64,000 bases of DNA. Source: Lingula anatina. Lineage: Eukaryota > Animalia > Brachiopoda. The stretch is from the NCBI GenBank assembly GCA_051362555.1, contig CM120640.1:55406788-55470787 (forward strand), given 5' to 3'. The position numbers were made by a program, and so were the translations under genes. Position 1 is the stretch's first letter, and each line of letters starts with the position of its first letter. Positions 14,024-25,700 of this stretch are shown here, in pieces. Below the pieces are notes generated by a model. That model saw only the letters and a list, made by a program, of their open reading frames with translations. It was not told the DNA's origin and made no database searches.

Positions 14024-14431
14024 CTTGTTTATGTTTTATTTTTCTGATTTTCTTTAAACACTGCCTAATTAACTAATAACACTGGTGCAACTGAAGAATT
14101 CATCGGCCTGCCACTGGATTATTTGATTGCCCATACACCAGCAGTCGCCAATCACACACACAACGTTGCCAGGGAGAATCCCTATTGTGATTGGCGTAGC
14201 TACACCTGACGTCACGCTATACAAATTTTCCCGTATAGTCTCAAACCCTTCAAAAACATTGTAAATCTAGATAAATTAGGTTAAGATAATATAAAATGAT
14301 ATTAATATCAAATTTTGATTCCTCTATTATAAAGAGCATATATAAATGATATTCATATACATATTTGAAACGATTAATGATAATGATAATGATTTTCTAC
14401 TTTTCTAATCGACCTTCACCTATCAACAAGC
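14024..14431. promoter_or_regulatory. Bidirectional promoter region shared by CCDC81 and RPF2
   Basis: 408 bp between divergent ATGs; CCAAT at 14148, ATTGG at 14190, palindromic CRE TGACGTCA at 14207-14214, X-box-like GTTGCCAGGGAGA at 14165. Confidence 0.75.
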
Positions 14432-15842
14432 ATGGTTCAACGTGTAGTGTAAGTTATTTGTATGATAATGAATTATATCAAAATTAGTCAATTTTTAAAA
14501 CTATTTTAAGGGTTAGGATAACCTACATGTAATTATTGATAGTAAAACATTAAAAAAAGGATTAGTATTGTTAAAGATGAATCATTTTATGAGTTCTGGG
14601 TGCCATCCTCTCAAGTGCTATGCGGCACTATATTGCCGACGGTAAAATTGTTTTCAAAAATAATGATTTTAACTGTGCACATTTCCCTTTTCTAGTAAAC
14701 TTGATGGGCAGTTAAATGTATTCTTGCCAGTGTCATAGATTAAAATGTTAATTTTGACTATTTATTTATCAGAAAACCCAAGACCCAGCGCTCTAAGCGC
14801 TATCTTGAGAGCAGAGAATCAAAGCTGACAGAAAACACCAAGACTGCAATGTTCATCCGCGGTGGAAGAACCAGTGAAGTGGTGTCCCAAACTTTAAAAG
14901 AGATGGTAAGTATAAATACATAAACAAATGGGCGTTGAGCACATTTCCTTACAGAACTGTATATATTAAGACATTTTGTCTTATTTCCAAAAAGTACCTT
15001 GTTATAATTTTGGAATCGTGAATAATTATGCAGTCTTATGTCCAGCAAATCATTTGCAATGTTTTTGAATAGGCAAGGGTTTTCTAACATTTTGGTATTT
15101 ACAGTATTTCCTGAAGAAGCCAGATGCAGTTATGTTTCAAAAGAAAAACATCATGAGACCATTTGAAGATCAAACATCATTGGTATGTGTGAATTAAAGA
15201 CTTGGCTCATTCACTATTATATACAGCTAGAGTGAATATATATATATATATATATTATGGCATTTTTCAAAAAGTTGTTTTCTCTCACCATATTTTTTCT
15301 CATATCTGTAGTTCTCAAAATCTTTTATATAAAAAAAATTGTTGATTGAATTTCAGGAGTTTTTGTCAGATAGGAATGATGCTTCATTATTTATGTTTGG
15401 TTCCCATCAAAAGAAAAGACCAAACAATGTTGTCATTGGTAAGTGGCTATATCATAATAAAAACATCATGCTTTTTTATGAGTATTTTAAAAAGCTTGTA
15501 ATGAGCCTCATATTTTGATATTAATTCAAAATTGTGTAATAATTTTATGTGCTTTAATTTTATGCAGCTAGTTTCTTGTTATATACCCATGTATTAAAAT
15601 TAAAATCATATTTTACCATACCAGGACGTTTCTTTGACTTTCACGTTTTGGACATGGTGGAGCTTGGGATTGAAAAATACAAGTCTATGCAGGAGTTCCA
15701 TGTAGGTTACTTTATATAGACTCATTTTAAGAAGTGTCTTTGGTTAATAATGGGAAAGCAAAAAGAGTAACATCAGTTGAAATTAGTGCTTAAGATAAAT
15801 TAATTACTTACTCACAACAAGCATAATATATAAAACGTAAAA

Positions 15843-15884
<42 letters not shown>

Positions 15885-17285
15885 CATTATGTTAAAGGGT
15901 TCATTTGATACTTTATTTCCTTATGTTCCATAGGTTGGCAAGTTCTCTTTGGGTAGCAAGCCATGTTTATTGTTTGCTGGAGAAGCATTTGAAAATGAAC
16001 CAGAATATCAGAGGCTAAAAAATCTCTTGATAGGTAAATGGAAATAGTTTAAACATTTAAGTACATTATTTGAAAAGAATCTACAGTGGTGGTTTAATAT
16101 GGTCCCCTGAGAGTTGAAGTTATTTTACATTTATGTCTATATTGATTTTACTTCATGATTCTTTCAGATTTCTTCAGAGGCCCAGTAATAGAGAATATCA
16201 GACTTGCAGGCTTGGAACATGTGCTTCTTTTTACTACTTTGGATGGGAAAATTTATCTCAGAAATTACAAGTAAGTATTGTCAGAAATATGCAGCCTAAA
16301 ATGTCAATGCAGAATATAATTTCTCTCACTCAGTTTTAAATGACATGTGTCATTGATACTTGATCTTGTTTTCAATGCAGAGTCCAAATGAAAAAATCAG
16401 GATCTAGGACTCCACGAATTGAACTGGAAGAAATTGGACCATCTGTAGACTTTTCCATGAGGAGAACAAGGTTAGCTTCAGATGATTTGTACAAGCGAGC
16501 AAGGCAACAACCCAAGCAAGCCAAGGTAAATTTGACACCAGTTCAGGGTCAACTTAAATTCTCACGCACCATACTCTGTGACTTACTACATATTTAATGT
16601 CAAGCTTGAGATTTTTCATTATTTTGTTGGAATTCAAGTGTTTTCTTTTTCTGGAACCATTGCTGAGAAATGGGTCACTGTTTCTAGTATTGTTTATTTC
16701 AACGGTCTTATACAATCTAGGGAATGTTATTTTAGTATATGACATTTTTGAAAAGAGATTTTCATTTCTTCTTGTTTTCTCTTAGAGCACATTCAGAACA
16801 ATTTGATCCACAAACTATCCACGAATCAAATATGGCAGACTTACTTAAATGCAAGCTGCTTAATCCCCTGATGGTCTCCCCACCTACACACATGCCATCC
16901 CTACAGGGGCCAAGCAATTAAACTTGGGAGCTGAGATTTAATCTGTTTAATGCCATGCATGGAAGCAGGAGACCATCTGGAGAATAAGCGGCTTGCTTTA
17001 AGTGAGATCTGCCATATTAAGTTAGCAGATAAGTCTGTAGATCATCTGTTCTGAATGCACCCTTAGAATGGGCAAACCTCAGGTATGTTTAACATGTCTT
17101 TTTTCTTATATTTTCAGCCCAAGAAGGTCAAAAATATTAATAGAGATCCATTTGGTAGTAAACTTGGCCGTATTCATATGGAGAAACAAGATTTGGATAA
17201 ATTACAAACAAGGAAAATGAAAGGACTGAAAAGAAAGACATCAGACAATACAGACAAAAAAGTAGAAGCAAAAAAAGTGAGATGA
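14432..17285 (+). CDS. RPF2: Ribosome production factor 2 homolog (Brix domain), 9 exons, about 300 aa
   Basis: Exons 14432-14448, 14773-14905, 15105-15182, 15357-15438, 15625-15701, 15934-16033, 16168-16270, 16381-16525, 17118-17285 (903 nt). Motifs KPKTQRSKRYL, RPFED, FGSHQKKRPNN, LDMVELGI, KKSGSRTPRIELEEIGPSVDF, LGRIHMEKQDLDKLQTRKMKGLK. Confidence 0.96.
16785..17062. mobile_element. PIF/Harbinger-like foldback MITE in the last RPF2 intron
   Basis: TIR GAGCACATTCAGAACA...TGTTCTGAATGCACCC, TTA on both sides, internal inverted repeat of about 50 bp. Confidence 0.8.
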
Positions 17286-17873
17286 TTAGACAAGGATAAA
17301 ATTGCAATTTAAATGCTATTTATTAATTTTTTTAGGAATTGGGGGGGGGGGGGGGACTTCAATCGAAGTATGCTGTTTTTAATCAGGTGATGGAGTCACC
17401 TCATATCAGCTATGCAGACTGCTATGAAAGAATACCTGTGAGATGCAACTAACACAACTTGTGTTAGTGACAATCACTTGAACTTAGTTTAAAAGTAAAA
17501 TTTATATGAAAAGAAAAAAGAGAGGCAGAAATTTGGGAGGATTTACTAAGATATTCAGCTCAATGTCCAAGGATAAACTATGTTCAAGAAGTGATGCTAC
17601 TGGTACATGCAGGAGAGCACTTTCCTGTCAAAGAAAAAATTGTTACACATAAGAGGTTGATATCTTGGGTTAGTTTTTTTGTGTTCTTGACATTTAGAGC
17701 ACGTACGTACATGTGCAAAAGGTATAATGTTTTACCAGAAATAAAATAATTACACTTTAAACATTCGGTTAAATTTTCTAAATATTTTTTTCTAATTAGC
17801 ATTATATTTTGATGTATACACTATACTTTGCCAAGTAATATTACGTACGTTTTTCTTTGGATAGGTCAACATT

Positions 17874-18612
17874 CTACGCCTTTTGCCCGCAGTCCTCGAC
17901 CATTTTGTGAATTTTAATCTCATTCAATTCAAGTTCTAAAAGTTGTTATTGAAGATGAATTTATTGCTGCTTAATGCGTTTTGACACCTACGTCGTCCTT
18001 AATCTCTCTTTTTGTTTTGTGTCTGCCACTTCTCATTTTAACGTGTCTAGAAAACCCGTGCATGGGCATTTCCTGCAAATGGTCAACCTCAACATAAAAT
18101 TTTCAAAATTGGTCTAGAATCTAACAAAGGGTGTCATTTAAAAGCAGAACAGTTGAAGTTTTTGGAACTACTGGAGTTTTTAGAATATCTTTTGATTTTA
18201 GTTAAGAAAAACTCTGTCAAATGTGGTCCTTTTTATAGCTTATTTTTCATAATCCAGTTAACAAATTTAAATTGTGAAAATTTTCATCTTAAAATACATT
18301 AACAAAATTTTGTAGTATACATCAACAATTGGCACATGTCTAAAATTCAACAGAAAAGAAAAAAATTGATAAAGCTCTTGACGTTTATAAGAAATTTGAT
18401 GAGCTTTTGGTGTGGAGGTCAATGTACATCTGTTACAGAAAATACACATTTTTTTTAGTTTTACTAAAAAAAAGTTATTAAAAAAAGCTGATTTTTTTGC
18501 AAAGCACACTTTCACTCCTCTCAATAATGGTACACAAAATAATGTTTTACCATGTTTTAATTTTATGTAAATATTAGAACAGAGGTACACATTTTTGCGT
18601 AACGGGCGTACA
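17874..18612. mobile_element. Probable degenerate DNA-transposon remnant
   Basis: Imperfect inverted ends (tacgcc.. / ..gtaacgggcgta); a related tacgtctgtt motif is repeated at 21908-22152. Family not assignable. Confidence 0.35.
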
Positions 18613-20247
18613 TTTTGTGATGAATATCAAGTACAGAAGGTTTTATTCTTCAATAGAAAGCCATTAAATAGAAATTGATTATCCCGTCTGATGCATACTG
18701 CATACATAGTTATGTATCAGTGATGAACAACTGATATGTAAAATTACTAAAAACTGTCCATTGAAATTCATATTATTGGGTTTGGGGTTTAAACTAGCAT
18801 AATGATGGTAAAAAATCTTTATGTGTTCATCATCATCATCATCAACATCATCTCTGCTAATTATGGCATCATCATCTGTGTTGTGCTGGTCAGAAGATCT
18901 TATGAGAATATTCTATAATTTGGTAGAACATCCTTAAATTCAGTAGATAAAAACATTGTAGAATTCAGTATGATGACAGTTGAATTCAAGACGTCTATAG
19001 AATCCTCTATCAATAGTAATCCACAGAAACACCTAGGGGTTTCCATATCTAGGGGACACAGGCATGCACGCATGCATGTGGGCGCACACACACATCTGTC
19101 ATGTAAATTACTGCTTGCTGATTACGGGATACTTTTTGCTGTACTTACTAAAGTTGAGTAAGACACTCCTGAGAAAAAAGCATTTGTCAAGTTATCAAAT
19201 ACCATAATAATCACTCTCATCACTTTAAAGGTAAGATATGCTTAGACTTTTTAAAAATGATAAAGCAATCTTTATTTTATAATACATTATGTTTATTTTT
19301 TTTTTATCTTTTTAAGAATGAAGGAGCAATGATCCACTCATGTGCATACTATTAATTAACACCTTTGTTGCATTTTCATTTGCAGTAAACATCCTTAGTT
19401 TATTCTATATATCCCATGATAATTCTTTTGAGATGCTGGGTCCTACAAGCAAAGAGCGTATGGCCAAATTTAGAGCAAAATTTAAGCAATACCCTGACAG
19501 GATGATGATGAACATTATGATGAAAACTTAAATTTTGTTTTGATTTCAAGCATTGCTGTAGAAAAGGAACATGCAAATAATATGTTATAAGCCATTCTAA
19601 TCTCAGCATGGGCAAACACCCTAGAGAAGTGTTTGTTGGCTATGTTCCATCTATTAACCATTATGTTAATTGGTCTCAGATTTGCTGGTCACTGACTAGT
19701 TATCAAATGAGAAAGTTATTATAATTATTCTGTTTTTTATACTGTTCCTGCAAATTTCTATGTAGGAAGAGATTTAGAATCATGCACTTATTATGTACAG
19801 ACACAGCATGATCAGGCCTTTTTTTTTTTCAAAAGTTATGTTTTTTTTTGCGCTTTTTTTTTCAGCATATATGCAACACCAATAACACCAATAAAACGTA
19901 TAGTCTAGTAAAAACGTTTTACCCTTTGGCTAGTTCACATTTCAGCTCTCATCATATCAAAATGAAGTTTTTGGCACAAAATTCGCTTAGTCAATCTTTT
20001 GACTGGCCTAATAGAGTTGGAAAGCTGGAGTGTGTGCCTCTATCTTTTGTGCTTTTAGGTCCTATTGTTTTAAAAAGAAATCAATCATTCACCATGGACA
20101 CTTTTATCACCATTTTGAAAAGGCTTGAAGAAATTAAAAAAAGAGTCTAATTCATGGTTTTCAACAGTTTTGTTTAATCTAAAAAAAAAAAAAAAGGAAT
20201 TTAATAAACTTCTACATGTAGATGAGAAGTTTTATCATGTGAAATGC

Positions 20248-20718
20248 GGCGTCCGCCATATAGATAAACGTCCCAATAAAACATTCGTCCCGATAGATAC
20301 GTCTCTATACATACACGTCTCAATAGATTTACGTCTCGTTAAATTTACGTTCCGATAGATCCACCAACGTATGTTGGTTCCTATAAACCCACGTATCTTT
20401 AGATCCAGGTACCGCTAGATCCATCTATCTGACATCGTAATTAATCGGCTAAAATGCCGATATAAACTTGAGATACAGGTATGAGGCTTTTGAGAGATAG
20501 TCTGGATGCGAGTACTGACCCACTCAGTGAGATGACTTAATTACAACCTGATATTTATTTATTTATATATTTATTAGGTGTTCAAACAAGACATAGGCCT
20601 ACATGTACTATCATTTACTCCATTCCGCAATGTACGCACGTAACGTCATCAATGTAAACTACTTGTATTGGACATAAAAACGACACAAATTCGTTATTAT
20701 GTCCAAGATGTAAGTAAC

Positions 20719-20751
<33 letters not shown>

Positions 20752-20955
20752 CAGCCGATTTTTGCCTGCAAACTTTGGGTATGTTTGCCAACCATACAAT
20801 AATGGTTTCTATCAAGTATACAAGACAGTTATCAGGCAGAATCATTCATGAAATGCCCAAATAAATCATACACAGCATAAAATAAGAAGGGTTTACTTGT
20901 AAAACTCTTAACATTATTTCATCAACTTTTGCCGAGTTCTTAATTGACGGGGGTG

Positions 20956-20986
<31 letters not shown>

Positions 20987-21739
20987 TGGATTAATCACTA
21001 TGACAAAAATATATAATCTTAGGTTCCTGTCAGAAGCTTTCGTAATCAAAACTAAATGAATGTAAGGGTGCATTCCCATAGATTTTAGATCGATCTATCC
21101 CCATGGGGAGTCTCACTAGATTACTGTCATATAATCCGGCTTAAATGTCCGTCCTGCCTACTACAAGCTGTAAGGGGGTAATTAACTTTCGTGCCCGCTC
21201 GGCTGACAGCTATTTAGCGTGAACCCCCAGGGAGTTAGGTCGATCTAGTTTGGATCGATCTAATCTCTGGGAATGGGGTCTAACATGAAAATAACAAAAC
21301 ATCTAGTGAAATCATGAATTTCTGTCAGATAATGCATTAGTAGGCCTAATGTAAATTACCCGAGTATTGCGTAAAAACGATCTATAGTATAATAATTAAT
21401 TGCTGAAAGGATTAATATGTGTACTCTCGTTTTAAACAGTGCATTTTATGTACTGAGTAGTATACCAACCATTTTGAGCAATAGTGTACCTGCAATGGAT
21501 CTATCGGTATTTGGATCTAAAAATACGTGGATCTATAGGTATGCGGATTTATAGGACGTGGGTTTATGAGGACGTCGTATCTATAGGAACGCAAATTTAT
21601 AGGACGGTGGTAAAAAATCGGATCTATCGGTATTTAAATCTAAAAAGACGTTTTTTCAGTTTTCCCTTTATGTATCTATCGGGAACGGGAGTACAGGGAC
21701 GTGTAATATTTTGGGACTAAATTTTATCCGTACGTACCC
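20248..21739. mobile_element. Non-autonomous TIR element with 8-bp TSD (MULE- or Merlin-like) and subrepeated inverted ends
   Basis: TGAAATGC duplicated at 20240-20247 and 21740-21747; GG...CC termini; short cgatagat-type subrepeats on the left are mirrored by atctatcg on the right. Confidence 0.7.
21066..21280. mobile_element. Harbinger-like MITE nested in the 20.2-21.7 kb element
   Basis: Termini GGGTGCATTCCCA...TGGGAATGGGGTC with TAA on both sides; gatcgatcta subterminal motif shared with 26801 and 40983. Confidence 0.7.
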
Positions 21740-22404
21740 TGAAATGCTATTTTCCTATGAATAAAATTATTTGATTTAGGTTGTTGTTGTTCATAACTAC
21801 ATGTCTAATTTTATTTAAATGTGTACTTAAAAATTATTAATTATGTAAGAGCAGTGTAATTAGTAAATAAAGTTGATGTACTTCATAAATACTATTTTAT
21901 TTTTATGTACGTCTGTTGCGGTCGCACAAGTACGTCTGATACGGCCAAACTGTACGTCTGTTACATCAAAGAAAGTATTCCAGCTCAGTCGTTTCAATCA
22001 ATCTCTTACCTTGACCTGATATTTTATCAACCTTAACATCATGTTTGCAATATATATATTTTTTTCAAAATTTTTGGGCTGCAAGCTTCGCAGAGTTTTT
22101 GAGATGAATAAAGCAAGTTGAAAAATCTCATTTGTATGCATACGTCTGTTACAGGGGTGTTTTCAATATGCTTCACATGCAAAGGAGTTGAATCATATTA
22201 CTTTATATGGTTATTTAACCACCTAAGATACACATATTGGCCACAACAAATTGGCCCCAAATGTACAGGATTTTGTGCAGTGCACTGCCAAAGTGTGCAA
22301 AATGTACGTCCATATCGCCGGATATTGCCCGCATCTATCTTCCAAGTGCGTTAGATGAGACAGTTTGCGCAAAAACAATCTGCGTAGGAAAGAAAGTGAA
22401 TGCG

Positions 22405-22420
22405 ACAGCCGGAAGTCGCA
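22405..22420. promoter_or_regulatory. ETS motif (CCGGAAGT) in the CpG-richer region upstream of TULP4
   Basis: agccggaagtcg about 350 bp before the TULP4 ATG. Confidence 0.45.
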
Positions 22421-22761
22421 CGACAGCGGCTTTGTTGACCTCAGTCGAGAGTGCATTATACTATTTTCAGTTTTAATCAAAATTGTGTTTGACCTTAGGT
22501 AACCATAAGGTGATGAAATTAGAGATTGTTTCATGATTTTTGAATTTATCTGTTGGAGGACGTGGCTTAATTGAATGTACAATATGCTGATACTGACGGT
22601 TTAGGCTTCACTCTTTCTGTCAATCCCAGTAAGAATGACTTTGACAGGTTTGTCAGGAGTGCTGTCGTAGTTATGTGCGGGTTGAACGAGTCGATTTGCC
22701 TACATTGTATGTTGAAAAGGCAACAATGGAGTCATTAGGACGCATTTAATCGCCTGCTGAG

Positions 22762-25700
22762 ATGTATATTTTTATTGAAGACAGTCCAACTACAAGGAGC
22801 GACTGTACGATACATTCCTTATCATGGATGGGAAAGGTAAAGTGCAAGCAATTTATAAATTGTAATACAGTGAATGCATATTGTTGTCCAACAGCATGTT
22901 ATTGGACAGAACTTAAGACTTAACCAATGAAAGATATTTGTGGATAAATTCTGCCATCTTTCATTCATTGACACACTGCACTCACTAGTCTGCCATTAAT
23001 TTCAAGTCCTGACCGCACCCTCCTCCAAGTCCTTTGAAATCTTGATTGATTTGACACCAAGTTGTGAGTTTTTGGCTCTTGAATTGTTAACATTAGCATT
23101 TAGAGTTATGATCACCTTAATCAAGTTATGATCAACTTGATGTTGTCTCACTCTGGCACAAGAATGAAGAGAATAGGGTATGGGAAATGAAACACTTGCT
23201 ACAATTATAACCATTAATTTGATAACAAATTGACAAAAAAGTGGTGCTTTGGCTAAGTGAAAAAAATTGCTAGCGCTACCCCAGTCTAGGATGCATGAGA
23301 AGCCATTCAAGTCATGGTGTGCAAGCTTTCTGTGCAGTGCTCACTTTGCATTCTTTAAAAACATAAAAACACTACAGTGCTATGCTTATACATGTAGTAA
23401 AGGTTTAGAAGCAGCTGACATTGTTTTCACACCTGTGGGACCTGTAGCTTCCCTTTGACACATCCATCAATAATAATAATAACCAAAGATGTATCAGTAG
23501 GTTTGGCTGTTGACAGAGTATTTCACACCAATGGAGCTTACCACCACCTTACAGGCAAGTCAACAATAGGCAAAACTATATCTGGTTGTGAGCAGCTGCC
23601 ATTGGTTTTAAAACCTGTGATGCTTATAGCTCCTGTCTAACAAGTAATCAGTGCAGTAACACATCGAAAAAGACATAAATGACAGGCAGCACATCTGGCT
23701 AGAAATAATAGATTGGGGAGCCATATTTTAGATTTGGGGCTTGAATTGGTTGCTACAGATTGTAGCATACTTCATCAGTATGCTCGTTTTTTTTTTTCAT
23801 TTAAAGGCACACTCAATGAGATTTACCCTCTAAAATGGATTTTCTTGGGCAAGTAAGCACTTTTTTTCATACTCACAAATCATTTATCTATCATTCTCTG
23901 CACATGGATTAAATTTTTAAAGGTTGATTTTAGCTTAAATTGACTGGCCAGTCAGTACAACAGCGACCAATTTTCCTATAAGCTGCAATGGAAATATCAG
24001 CATCAGGTTCGCTCCAGAAAAAAATATTTAATTGGTTAAATAATTTTTAAGGTGTATACGTTTTTATAAAAATCTGTGGATGGCAAAAATGAGCATTTTG
24101 GGGATTTTCAAACCCACTGAGTGTATCTTTAACTTCAAAGCATTGATCCAGCTTTGATGTTTTGTTGTCTCCAAAGCTGGGGTAAAATAGCTAAAGAATA
24201 TAGCAAAATGGTTCATAAGAATCATAACAATCATCACTATTCAATAATACCTTGTAAATGAATGAAAAATGCTGATTTAGATGACAGGAACTGAAGTAGT
24301 TTTTAGAATATCGAAAACCGACCTCTTGTAAATAGAATTACTTGTCAGTATCAATCTCAAATAGTGATGTTCTCCATTAGCAAAAATATGCATACACATA
24401 TACATGTACTGTACTACTGAACTGTACTGAGTAAGTGCACATGCAGTATTTGAATCCAGTTTTTATCATTTGGAAGCAAGGCTTTGGTCAATGTCCATAT
24501 TCAATATGTGCTCACCTCTGATGAACTCCAGTAAGGGTCATGGTAAAAGTTTATCTATCCATTTAATGGTTTTAGTCCTTCAAGTATCCATGCACAGAGT
24601 GTTACATTTGGGTTCAAAACCAGAGGAGTGAATCACTCGAAAACCAACCACTATGAAATATAATTGTACACCTTTTTTTTCTGGTCATCCTTGTCTGTAT
24701 TGCTCATACACTACATATATGCCTTTCTGTTTGAAATATTAATTTATCTTTTTTCTATCACTAGATAGCTAGCCAGTGCATGTATACAACTATGAACCCA
24801 AAATTTGAGTGATGAATTTTTTTCATACCAATGCAGGTTCCAGAAATTCTTCCCAATGAGGATGGCTGGCAACTGGACCGCTCAGAGTACTACCAGGAAG
24901 GCTGGTTGGCCACAGGGAATGGCAAAGGAATTGTCAGTGCAACTTTCACCACAAGCCACTGTGAGAAAGACACTGATGTGCCTAGCAGAACAAATTTTAA
25001 CCTTCGTGGACATAGGAATGAGGTAAATATTATCATATTTGCGTTTGCATGAACAAGAAAGCTAAATGTATACTTTATATTTCAGCATTGATGGGAAGAA
25101 TGATGTCCAAACTTAGGGTGCATTCACAATAAAACTATCATATACTGCCAGTATGAACTAACTCTGCGGGGTCTCTCACTGAATGCAATCAGGTTAAAAG
25201 ATTATCACTTCTCCTGGCATTGAGTAGAATAAAGAAAAATTGGTGATTATATACTACTACATTGGAAATGAGGATAATAACCTCATTCCTATGTTCCTTC
25301 CTCATACGGATGTTAACACCCTAAGATTGATTTGAACTGAAATAGGAGAATATCATCATCAAGATTTTATGTTTCTTTCTAAACAAACCAGATTTTCATA
25401 AAAGACTCCATTTAAACCAATGTAAGATTTTAAATCTCAACCACACTTTTATTTTTTCAAATATACTGTATAACAGGATGGTGTTTCATTATAATAGTTA
25501 TGCTCTGTTCCATGATATTAGATTATTTAAATTTCTGGTTGTTAGCACTATAATTGGAGGTTCTATGCTACATTCCTATACTTGGAGGATCTATGCTACA
25601 TTCCTTTTGTATGCTTGCTCTCGACTTGTGTAGTGCTGTGTTTTACCAATATATACTTGTAAATAGAGTGGTTGGCAGAGGTCTTCTTTATCATTTTCGT

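Noticed and set aside
14449-17117. Intronic snoRNAs in RPF2
   Set aside because: No convincing C/D box pair with terminal stem or H/ACA structure seen by eye; the hairpin in the last intron is a TTA-flanked MITE. An Infernal/Rfam scan would settle it.
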